Shown piece after piece: positions 26,077-34,598 of a stretch of 54,838 nt of DNA; position 1 is the stretch's first letter, and every line of letters begins with the position of its first letter. The DNA is taken from the NCBI GenBank assembly GCA_018303365.1, contig JAGVYI010000021.1, positions 1 through 54,838 of the forward strand. The letters run 5' to 3'. The notes below the pieces were generated by a model. That model ran no database searches. It had not been told where the DNA came from and saw nothing but the letters and a program-made list of their open reading frames with translations. Source of the stretch: Candidatus Woesearchaeota archaeon. Lineage in GTDB: Archaea > Nanobdellota > Nanobdellia > SCGC-AAA011-G17 > JACPNG01. Both the position numbers and the translations under genes were made by a program.

Positions 26077-29000
26077 TTATTGTGCTGGTTGTACCTTAAT
26101 TGTTCTTTCGTTTCCAAACACATCCTGACACCTGACAGTGTACGGCTCTCCTGCCCAGTTTGCCTGATGCTCTTTGCCTTCGTCTATCATTGGTGTTCCT
26201 TCTCCAAACCTAAAATTATCTGTTGCTGCATATTCGCATATTGCATCTTCACTTGTTTGAATGTGTAAGATTTGCTTGTTATTTTCAAGATAAATTCCAG
26301 TAATTATTGGAGCGTCTAAGTCTACACGAACATTGACTGTTGTCTGACCGTCTGCCTCATTTCCTGCGTCATCTCTGCATTTTACATTGAATGCATACCT
26401 TCCTGTTTGAAGAGTTTCAAATGTTTGAGTATGGATGCTTTGTCCGGTATTCTTGAATGGGGCCATACTTTCAAAAATCGTATCTTCTCCACCATATCCA
26501 CAGATTGCCTGTCCGTTTCCTGACCCCCCTCCTGTCTCTACAGTTAAAGTTAGGTTGTTTACAAACAACGTTCCACTTGGGCTTATTTCTTTTATGGTTA
26601 GGGATAGTGTTCCTATGATCGTGAATTCAAATGCTTCTTCGTTTGTATTTCTCTGGTCTTCTGGAGCACTTGGCTTATCTTGGCACTTAAAGAAGAACTC
26701 ATTTTCGTCTTCTATAAGTCTTGTTAGTGTTGTTTGACATTCGTATAATCCGCGCAGACTTGGTGATGTTGCAAATGAGCTTCTTGCGCAGTTGAACTCT
26801 TCTTCGAGATCATTGTACGGTTTATCTGCTCGTGACCAGCGACATAGACTTGGTTCGTTTACATAAATACTTAGTGGAGCTTCCTCTGTTCCATGGGGTA
26901 TAAATGCTCCGTTCTGAATACTCGTCCTCTCGATTTTCGGTGCAGTGAGGTCTGGTCCTGGTTTTACCCTGAATTTTATAAAATAGTCTCTTTCATTTTT
27001 GTTTCCAGTGGCGTCTTGGCAGCGGATATAGATTGTATTTACCCCGCCATTTGTTATTCTTAATGCATCTTCTGCCACTAATTCACTTGTTATCCCTAAT
27101 GCAGTGGTGTGATTATAAGAGAATGCAGATGCTCCGAAGTATCTATTCATCATGTCTTCAAATCTTATTGAATGATTTGTATCGTACTTGCACTGTGCCG
27201 GCTCGTTTGTGTTGATGCCGATTGTTATCGGACTGAATGGCTCTATTCTTTCGTTTATTTGGTATCCTTTGTTCCCCTGCTCTGTTACTTCCCTTAAGGT
27301 TAATCCCCTTGCAAGGTCTTCTGGCGCAGGACTAATAATTGGGGAGTTCACATCATTCGGATTTAAGTTTACACAACGCTCTTCACTTGTTCCCTGATTG
27401 ATTAAGCCACAAAGTTGTCCCAAGGATTTACAACGATACTCTGAGCAGGGCAAGTTTCCCTCATTGCAGAGTTCACATTTGTTTCCTCCTGTTGGCGCTT
27501 GCCAGGCAGAGCATTGAACTGCATAAGTTACTTCTTTTACTTGTTCTGTTGCGGCATTGATGATGCTTGCTATTGATATTGCTATAAAGGCCGGTCCTAT
27601 GAATCCGATAGGATTTAGACCTACTCCTGCAAATGGATTAAAGAGTGCGCTGAACCCTCCTACTGGTGCTAATATAGCTGGTGATCCTCCCGCCACACTA
27701 CCTGTTACTGCTGTTGCTACAAGACCTCCCACCTGCTTTCCTGCAAATGCCGCAACAAGGGTTGTTGCTGTCAGTCCTCCAAACCCAATTGCTCCAGAAA
27801 CACCAAGTCTTCTTACAAATCCTGCTTTGGTATAATCTTCATCTGAAATTGTTGAGAGCGTATCGAAATCCCCGATATCTTCTCTTGTCAGGGCGTATCC
27901 GTGAAAGAAATTCCTTTCTTCTGAAGCTGTATTCCCATATCCATCTAAAGTTATGTCTCCTGCAATGTTGTAATATGCCCCACAATCTCCAAGGCTTTTA
28001 CAATAATTATTTCCTGCGACAACCCAGTCTTTTGTTATGCACTGGCAATTATTGACACATTCCCAATCATCCCCTGCAAATATTCTTGTAACTGCTCCTT
28101 TCTTCTTGAATGTGACTGTGCACTCTTTATTTCCAATATCACAAGCACTTTCTGCGTTTGTAGTGGGGGTTCTTTGGATTGCAGATGGAACTCCTTCTCT
28201 TTGGGACTGCTGGTTTGTATTCTGCTGCGTCTCTCCAGACCAGAATGCAAGGCCTGGCGGTACTTGTGGAACGCATACTCCTGCGTTTGCAGGTATGACT
28301 GCGTTTCCATCCTCATCAGTATTGGGTGTTGTTATAATCCCAGCTTCAAGCCAAGAGCAATCCCTTTGTGCGTTGTTTTCACAGCATTTTCTTGCACAAC
28401 ATGCAGTTTTTTCTGCACCTGAGAATTGGTCGCATTCTGAACCACATGTTTTTACATCATTGCATGTTTGGCATGTCTCCCACCTATTGTCCCTACACGC
28501 AGCTTCTACGTATTCCCCTCGTGCTTTGAAACTTTCCTGGGTTCCTAGGATGTCTTGTCCTAATACCCCTTGTACACAAATTTCTTCTCTAAAGTCGCGG
28601 CATGGTTCAATTATCTCTTCCCCATTTATACAAGTGTTTCTAAAGTGGCGTGAGCCGACGAGATCTTTTCCTTGTCCGACATCACCATCATATAAACACC
28701 AACTCTCTCCATTTTTCTTTGTCCCTCCACTACTTGGACTACTATCATCATCTAATGTGGTCTGGCAGTCTATGCTTTGACATATATATTCTCCAAAGGC
28801 GGGAGTTATGCTTCTTGGTGCCTTTTTGCACAGTGTTCCCTGGGCATAATTGCAGTTTCCACAAGAGGGGTCATTTACCCCCCCTTGACAGCTTCTCTCT
28901 TGCTGCAGGACAAATCCTCCATTGTAAGCGCGTTCTTTGTTTGCATCATATATATTTTCTGGATTTCCACAGGAATCAAACCAGTAAACATCTTCTTCAA

Positions 29001-29673
29001 AGCATCCTGTTCTTTGCTGGGGGGCACATTCAGTTCCTAGTTCCTGGTTACTACAAAGGGTATCTTTATGAAACCCCACCCTCACAGTTCTTGTAACATT
29101 GCCCCCTAGTTCTCCTTCTTGCTCCTGCGCATTGCACGTCTCTCTTGTAGTAAACTGACATGTTCCATCTGGTATTACACAGGCCCCTTTGTCTTGGCTT
29201 CTGCTTTTATCAATGCAGGCCTGCTCTGTTGTTATTGTTTCATCAAAACTTATTTCTGCATTTGGAAAGTTGCTTGCTTCCCGTCTGCATTGCGTCTGGG
29301 TTACAAAGAAACTTTCTGTTCCTACAATGCAGCATCCTCTGGTACACTCTGAAACCTGACACTCAGACTGCGGCCTCCACGTACCACCTTGGTTTTCGCA
29401 AGTTGCTTGCGGAGCGTTTTTGTAACATATCCCTTTTTGTGCATCCACGCAACACCCTATTTGGCAGTAGGATGTTTCTTCACAAGTTGTCGGGACTGCG
29501 AATTTTCCACTACTGGTATCGCAGTTGCTGATCTCTGTGTATACACAGGAGTCTCCGTTTAGTGTCTCTTGGCAACATGCTCTTTGCTGGGCGTAGGCTG
29601 CTACTTTTGGGGCTATTAAAAATAACCCCAAGAAAAGTAATATCATTACTAAGGTATGCACGCTTTCTTTCAT
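26077..29673 (-). CDS. giant Cys-rich surface protein, paralog A (1198 aa): signal peptide, Cys-rich domain, Gly/Ala hydrophobic segment, Cys knot, four two-Cys modules
   Basis: Signal peptide MKESVHTLVMILLFLGLFLIAPKVAAYA|QQ. About 51 Cys by hand count in residues 31-570. Clearly paralogous to 30487..33729. No named family recognised. Confidence 0.85.
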   Translation of the reverse strand: MKESVHTLVMILLFLGLFLIAPKVAAYAQQRACCQETLNGDSCVYTEISNCDTSSGKFAVPTTCEETSYCQIGCCVDAQKGICYKNAPQATCENQGGTWRPQSECQVSECTRGCCIVGTESFFVTQTQCRREASNFPNAEISFDETITTEQACIDKSRSQDKGACVIPDGTCQFTTRETCNAQEQEGELGGNVTRTVRVGFHKDTLCSNQELGTECAPQQRTGCFEEDVYWFDSCGNPENIYDANKERAYNGGFVLQQERSCQGGVNDPSCGNCNYAQGTLCKKAPRSITPAFGEYICQSIDCQTTLDDDSSPSSGGTKKNGESWCLYDGDVGQGKDLVGSRHFRNTCINGEEIIEPCRDFREEICVQGVLGQDILGTQESFKARGEYVEAACRDNRWETCQTCNDVKTCGSECDQFSGAEKTACCARKCCENNAQRDCSWLEAGIITTPNTDEDGNAVIPANAGVCVPQVPPGLAFWSGETQQNTNQQSQREGVPSAIQRTPTTNAESACDIGNKECTVTFKKKGAVTRIFAGDDWECVNNCQCITKDWVVAGNNYCKSLGDCGAYYNIAGDITLDGYGNTASEERNFFHGYALTREDIGDFDTLSTISDEDYTKAGFVRRLGVSGAIGFGGLTATTLVAAFAGKQVGGLVATAVTGSVAGGSPAILAPVGGFSALFNPFAGVGLNPIGFIGPAFIAISIASIINAATEQVKEVTYAVQCSAWQAPTGGNKCELCNEGNLPCSEYRCKSLGQLCGLINQGTSEERCVNLNPNDVNSPIISPAPEDLARGLTLREVTEQGNKGYQINERIEPFSPITIGINTNEPAQCKYDTNHSIRFEDMMNRYFGASAFSYNHTTALGITSELVAEDALRITNGGVNTIYIRCQDATGNKNERDYFIKFRVKPGPDLTAPKIERTSIQNGAFIPHGTEEAPLSIYVNEPSLCRWSRADKPYNDLEEEFNCARSSFATSPSLRGLYECQTTLTRLIEDENEFFFKCQDKPSAPEDQRNTNEEAFEFTIIGTLSLTIKEISPSGTLFVNNLTLTVETGGGSGNGQAICGYGGEDTIFESMAPFKNTGQSIHTQTFETLQTGRYAFNVKCRDDAGNEADGQTTVNVRVDLDAPIITGIYLENNKQILHIQTSEDAICEYAATDNFRFGEGTPMIDEGKEHQANWAGEPYTVRCQDVFGNERTIKVQPAQ

Positions 29674-30444
29674 TTATCTTGGTTCACCTTGGACTGCAAA
29701 TTGGAAGGTATATGGGCTTCCTTCTTTTTTTATTATGTATATCTTGTCTGGATAAGGCCTTTGTTTGTATATCTTTATTCTTCCTTTCTTGTCAATCATG
29801 TAGAATAAAGTCTCAAACTCTCCGTCTGTTGTCTCTGCATCAAGAATATCATTTGTTACCTCTAGTATCTCCCCCAGTGGCACTTCTAATTTTGTTTGTA
29901 CTTCTTCTAGGCTAACTCTGTTGTTACTTGCTACCAAAGTTATCGGAGCCTTTACTGTTACCTGCACTTCTTCTCTTCTAATTGTTGTGTTGATTGTCCT
30001 TTCATTCTCTTGGATATTATAAGGTCTTAGCTGTCCAAAACTTTGTATGTCAAGGCATCCTTCAAGGACATTACTTATTTCTGTCGCTATTTCTTTTTCT
30101 ATTTCCTGAGATGTTCTGAGACGGTTGTAACATGCTTCTGTCTGTGGTATGTTAAAACATAGATAACTTACTTTAGAATCATTCCATAATCTGAATGTAT
30201 CCTGGGCTGGCTGAAGGTATCCTCCTTGCTTTCCAATTTTGTTAACTATTTCTAATAGTCCATAATCATTCTTACCACGTTGCACACATTCTTCAATGTG
30301 ATTTCTTATTGAAACTAGTTCTCCTTGGAGGTTTTCTGTTGTTGTTGGTAGCAGTACGGTCCTCCTTGCAAAAAAGAATAGCGAGGCTAGGGCAATAAGA
30401 ATAATTCCCAATACGACAAAGATTGTTACCTGCCCCTTTTTCAT
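29674..30444 (-). CDS. type IV pilin-like protein with class III signal peptide (256 aa)
   Basis: MKKG|QVTIFVVLGIILIALASLFFF. Its stop codon directly abuts the ATG of the 1198-aa gene. Confidence 0.7.
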   Translation of the reverse strand: MKKGQVTIFVVLGIILIALASLFFFARRTVLLPTTTENLQGELVSIRNHIEECVQRGKNDYGLLEIVNKIGKQGGYLQPAQDTFRLWNDSKVSYLCFNIPQTEACYNRLRTSQEIEKEIATEISNVLEGCLDIQSFGQLRPYNIQENERTINTTIRREEVQVTVKAPITLVASNNRVSLEEVQTKLEVPLGEILEVTNDILDAETTDGEFETLFYMIDKKGRIKIYKQRPYPDKIYIIKKEGSPYTFQFAVQGEPR

Positions 30445-30466
30445 TTTCTTATTCCTTTTTACGGAT

Positions 30467-30474
30467 TATATAAA
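30467..30474 (-). promoter_or_regulatory. candidate internal TATA box (TTTATATA on minus strand)
   Basis: Lies 23-30 nt upstream of the ATG at 30444, in the 42-nt gap after the 1080-aa gene. The geometry fits a leaderless or short-leader start. Confidence 0.35.
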
Positions 30475-30486
30475 TATTTTGTCTTT

Positions 30487-33400
30487 TTACGGGTGGATTA
30501 CCATTTCTTGCATTCTGTTCTGTTTTGCATCTTCACAGATTAAGTGATACTCTGCTGCTTCTAGTCCTATTATAAATTGTTCCTGTTCTTGCCCTATTAT
30601 CGTACCTTCTTCATAACTAAACGACTTTGTGTCTATTTTGCAAGTGCCTTTTTCATTTAGAATTATTACTAGCTGACCCTGTTCTTTGTATATATTCTTT
30701 ATTTTCGGAGGGGTTCTATCTTGCTTTATTTCAAAACTTACCTCGCGTTGCGCTTGGTTCCCAATTTCATCTTCGCACCTTATCGGAATGTTATACTTGC
30801 CTTCAGGCAAGGTAAGTTGCTGAATGTGGACTGTGCTTTGTGTATTTTTCATGTTGACCCAATGTCCACCTTGTATTTGCATTTGACATATTGCTTTGCC
30901 ACCTTCCGCCCCACCTGTTGTTTGTATTTCAATGACAATCTCATTTTCAAGAAGTTCACCTTGTGGCTGGATTCCTGCGATTAGTAGTTCGCTTGTTTTT
31001 TCTATTCTTTTTTGTATTCCTTGGGTGTTTATATTTCCTTGCTGGTCCTGGCATCGGATGTAATATGTTGTTGTCTGGTCCAAGTTTATGTTTGTGCTAC
31101 ATATATATTTTCCATTACTTCTAGGGGTTTGATCGCAAAGAAGTGGGTCACCCATATCTTCAAAAGGGGCATCTACTTTTGCATACCTGCACACTGCTTG
31201 TTCGTTAACCTGAACTTCTAAGATTGTTTGGTCAACTCCGTTTGGAAGCTTGTCTGTTTCTCTTAGTAATTCTACTCTTGGAGGGCTTAGGTCTACAGTA
31301 CTTACTTGGTAGCTTATGCGATAATCTCTTTCATTTTTGTTTCCTGCTACGTCCTGGCATCGGATGTAAATATCTTTTTGTCCACCTGTACCTTCACTTT
31401 TTGTTAGTGAGTGGGTTGTTTTTAGACTTGACCCTTCTATTGTTGATATCATATCATCGAATCTTTGGTTTGGTTGGTTTGCATATTTACACTTAGCTAG
31501 CTCATCTGTTTCTATACCGAATTCAATTGTTTGGTGTATTTCTACTTCCGGGGTAATATCATATCCTACTTCCGTATTCCTTAGCTGAAATCCTTCTGTT
31601 AGTTTGCCTTGCAATGGTCTTATTACCGGGCTTTTTGTATCATTTCTTCCTGCGTTGAAACAAGACTGTCTTGTTGTGCCTTCATTTTCTGGGATGTACT
31701 GGCATGCTTGTCCTATGGACTTACAGCGATATTCTGTGCATTCTTTTCCATCTTGTCCGCATATATCACAATTTGCCCCTCCAGGCGGAGCTTGCCAAGG
31801 TTGGCATGTTACGCTATAGTGTTTTTCTTTTACTTTTGCAAATAGGTGGATTATAACAAAGAAAACCGCAACTGCGAGGACAATCCATGGTATTGCAGCC
31901 AGTATTGTTCCTGCTGCACTTGCTCCAGTAGCAGTGCTTCCTGCTGCAGCATTTGCTGCACTGATTGCATTTCCTGTTGCAAATTCTGCTATTCCAGTGT
32001 ATACCGGTGCTGCGGTTTCTGCTGCAGCTAAGCTTGAGAGTGTTACTGTTGCTGTGCCTGTTGTTGTGGCTGCGGTTCCTATTCCGATTGCTTTTCCAAG
32101 CAGGGCACTGATGCTAGGCAGGCCTATCTTTGGTCCAATAATTCCAAGTGTTGCGAATCCTAGTTGGATCCATGCTTTCGTAGGGACAGCATCTAGTCCT
32201 CGATATTGACTTGCATCAAAGTCTTCTGTGCTTAGTCCTCTTCCTGCGCTTTGCAGCTTTACAAATTCTTCTTGTTGTGGCGCTCTTGGTGGGTTTGTCT
32301 CCAGTCCTTCTTTTGTATAATCTCCGTCGACATTGTAATATGCTCCACAATCTCCAAGGGATATGCAATATGCATTTGCTTGGTCTATCCATGGCTGCCT
32401 TTCACATTCACAATTAGCTTCACATTTCCAGCTGGAAAGCAGTGTGCGTTTTACGTAATAAACTGTGCACTCTTGGCTTGCTTGACTACAAATTTCTTTA
32501 GCATCTTCTACATGGACCTGCCCTGTTGTTTTTGTTTCCCAGAACTTTAGACCAGGTGGTACTTGGGGTATACACCTTCCTTGGTTTTCGTTTCCAATCC
32601 AGCTACAGCTTTTCTGTGGATCTAGACAACACTCTCTATCCTCTTGAGACTTTTGCTGAAATTCCCTATTGTTCCTTGCATCTTTTGCTGTGTTGCATGT
32701 GGTTGCACATTCTTCCCAATTGTTTGTTACACACAATGCTTCATTATATGTTCCCCTTCCTGTTCCAGTTACTCTTGTTTGTACGCACGCCTGCTCACGA
32801 TAGTCTCTACAAGGTTCAATTACTTCTTCTCCGTTTACACAAAGTCTTCTAAAATGGCGTGAGCCAACGAGGTCTGTGCCACTTCCAGTGATTCCTTCAT
32901 ATTCACACCAGCTTTCTCCATTCTTTCTTAGTCCTCCATCGCCTTCTGTTGCAGGGCTGTTGTATGTTTGTAGGCAGTCAATGCTCTTACATACAAACTG
33001 CCCGTTTTCCTCGCCACATGTTAATCCTTGGTCATAACTGCACTCTTGAATTATGTCTTCTTTGTTATTACACGAATCGAACCAGTATATATCTCCTTCA
33101 AAACATCTTTTGTGATCTTTTGGTCTACATGTACAGGACTCAACTCTGCTACAATGCTGGTTCTGAAAGAAGTCTCCTTCTTGTTGTATACAATCCCCCC
33201 TTTTTTCTATGGTACACACGCCTTCTTTTTCACAACATCCTCCTTCTTCTTGCTGACAGAAACCAGCACATTCCTGTTCACTTAGGGTTTCCCTAAACTC
33301 TGAGTTTGCCCTCCCAAATGTTGCGGCTTGCCCAATACATTCCAGATTGGTTTCGATGCTGCATTGGTTTTCAATAATACAACATCCTTGCCTACATTCT

Positions 33401-33729
33401 TGGGTGTTACAATCCGCTCTTGGATCAAATATCCCCCCTTGATTTTTACAGGTTGCTTTTGGTGTGTTTGCTTGGCAGTTTCCTTCATTATTGCGGCAAC
33501 AGCCTACTTGGCAGAAATCAGTCTGAGCGCAGTTTAATCCTTGTACACTCCTGTAGTCTGGGTTACATTGTTCCTGACCTGTTTGTATGCAGGTTTCTCC
33601 TACGATGGTCCTTTCGCAACAGACTGTTTGTTTGGCATATGCCTGTTCTGGATTGTATACAGCGAATATTGTTAGAATGAGAATTATTATTTCTAAACAG
33701 GCTTTTACCTTTTGACCTCTTTGTTGCAT
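30487..33729 (-). CDS. giant Cys-rich surface protein, paralog B (1080 aa), same architecture as paralog A
   Basis: Signal peptide ..CLEIIILILTIFAVYNPEQAYA|KQ. Motifs shared with paralog A include CFEGDIYWFDSC, KNGESWC..DLVGSRHFR..C.NGEE.IEPCRD, PQVPPGL.FW, SLGDCGAYYN and IYIRCQD..GNKNERDY. Confidence 0.85.
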   Translation of the reverse strand: MQQRGQKVKACLEIIILILTIFAVYNPEQAYAKQTVCCERTIVGETCIQTGQEQCNPDYRSVQGLNCAQTDFCQVGCCRNNEGNCQANTPKATCKNQGGIFDPRADCNTQECRQGCCIIENQCSIETNLECIGQAATFGRANSEFRETLSEQECAGFCQQEEGGCCEKEGVCTIEKRGDCIQQEGDFFQNQHCSRVESCTCRPKDHKRCFEGDIYWFDSCNNKEDIIQECSYDQGLTCGEENGQFVCKSIDCLQTYNSPATEGDGGLRKNGESWCEYEGITGSGTDLVGSRHFRRLCVNGEEVIEPCRDYREQACVQTRVTGTGRGTYNEALCVTNNWEECATTCNTAKDARNNREFQQKSQEDRECCLDPQKSCSWIGNENQGRCIPQVPPGLKFWETKTTGQVHVEDAKEICSQASQECTVYYVKRTLLSSWKCEANCECERQPWIDQANAYCISLGDCGAYYNVDGDYTKEGLETNPPRAPQQEEFVKLQSAGRGLSTEDFDASQYRGLDAVPTKAWIQLGFATLGIIGPKIGLPSISALLGKAIGIGTAATTTGTATVTLSSLAAAETAAPVYTGIAEFATGNAISAANAAAGSTATGASAAGTILAAIPWIVLAVAVFFVIIHLFAKVKEKHYSVTCQPWQAPPGGANCDICGQDGKECTEYRCKSIGQACQYIPENEGTTRQSCFNAGRNDTKSPVIRPLQGKLTEGFQLRNTEVGYDITPEVEIHQTIEFGIETDELAKCKYANQPNQRFDDMISTIEGSSLKTTHSLTKSEGTGGQKDIYIRCQDVAGNKNERDYRISYQVSTVDLSPPRVELLRETDKLPNGVDQTILEVQVNEQAVCRYAKVDAPFEDMGDPLLCDQTPRSNGKYICSTNINLDQTTTYYIRCQDQQGNINTQGIQKRIEKTSELLIAGIQPQGELLENEIVIEIQTTGGAEGGKAICQMQIQGGHWVNMKNTQSTVHIQQLTLPEGKYNIPIRCEDEIGNQAQREVSFEIKQDRTPPKIKNIYKEQGQLVIILNEKGTCKIDTKSFSYEEGTIIGQEQEQFIIGLEAAEYHLICEDAKQNRMQEMVIHP

Positions 33730-33755
33730 CAGAATTCTTCTTTAGAGGTCTTTCG

Positions 33756-33763
33756 TTTAAATA
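33756..33763 (-). promoter_or_regulatory. candidate TATA box (TATTTAAA on minus strand) for the pilin/giant-protein block
   Basis: Lies 27-34 nt upstream of the ATG at 33729, in the 62-nt gap after PCNA. Confidence 0.4.
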
Positions 33764-33791
33764 GTTTGCTTTAAATTATATTTTAGAATCC

Positions 33792-34541
33792 TTAATCTGT
33801 TGAGACTCGTGGTGCTAATATAAATGAAAGCCTAAGTTTATCTTTGATGGTGTACTCGGTCTTTAGCGGATACTCTTTGTCAAATTCAAGTGTTGCCATG
33901 TCTGCTAACTTAGCTCCTTTGACTATTTTTTTAAGATATTCTAGTGAATACTTAGAAGGTATTTTTTCACTTCCGTTCAAGCTGATACTTGTTTTATCAT
34001 CTCCCTTTATTTGCATGTGGGCCGCGTTGAACTTGCTTTCTGCCTGAATTGAGAAGAGGCCTTTTTCTGCTTCAAACTTAACGGATTCTGCCACTACCCC
34101 CATATCTTCAATTGCTTCTTCAAGAAGGTTTGATGGTAGCTCTATTCTTGTTGAAAACTTTAGCTCGGGTATCTTTTGTTCTCTTCCCTCAGCTTCAATT
34201 AAAGTGAGTTTAAATGTCCTTGTTATTTCTCCCTTTATTCCTACAACAAGTTGGTTGTCTTTCTGGTCTATTCCTATCTCTAAGGTGTCTGAAGGTTTTG
34301 CTCTTCGTAGGATTTGTTTGAACTGGTCGAGATTTATGGCTATTTTAGTTTCTTTCTCTACACTGTATTCTACAAAAGCGCTTGCAAGCATATGGAATAT
34401 TACCATTGCTACATTTGCAGGATCCATTGCTATGAGTTCTATTCTGTTCTTGTCAATACTAATATTGACCTCGTTGACTAACTCAGAAATTATACTTATG
34501 CTCTCTTTGAGCAATCTTGGTTCTGCGAGTACAAATTTCAT
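33792..34541 (-). CDS. pcn: DNA polymerase sliding clamp PCNA
   Basis: MKFVLAEPRLLKESISIISELVNEVNISIDKNRIELIAMDPANVAMV. ATG at 34541 is preceded by GGGGATAGG; the track start at 34556 is TTG. Confidence 0.9.
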   Translation of the reverse strand: MKFVLAEPRLLKESISIISELVNEVNISIDKNRIELIAMDPANVAMVIFHMLASAFVEYSVEKETKIAINLDQFKQILRRAKPSDTLEIGIDQKDNQLVVGIKGEITRTFKLTLIEAEGREQKIPELKFSTRIELPSNLLEEAIEDMGVVAESVKFEAEKGLFSIQAESKFNAAHMQIKGDDKTSISLNGSEKIPSKYSLEYLKKIVKGAKLADMATLEFDKEYPLKTEYTIKDKLRLSFILAPRVSTD

Positions 34542-34598
34542 TTTTCCTATCCCCAAATCTAGATATATATTCTTTATTGTTATGTTTCCTATATTTTA

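Noticed and set aside
28037-28780. 247-aa + strand ORF and several other + or - ORFs inside the giant Cys-rich genes (26080..29915 and 30627..33680).
   Set aside because: They are nested in or antisense to 3.2-3.6-kb ORFs whose paralogy proves the minus-strand frame. No motifs were seen.
33640-33729. RGQ near the N-terminus of the 1080-aa protein (MQQRGQKVKAC..) as a class III prepilin signal.
   Set aside because: Charged residues follow the RGQ, and the hydrophobic core ends in AYA|KQ just like its paralog's AYA|QQ. An ordinary Sec signal peptide is more likely.
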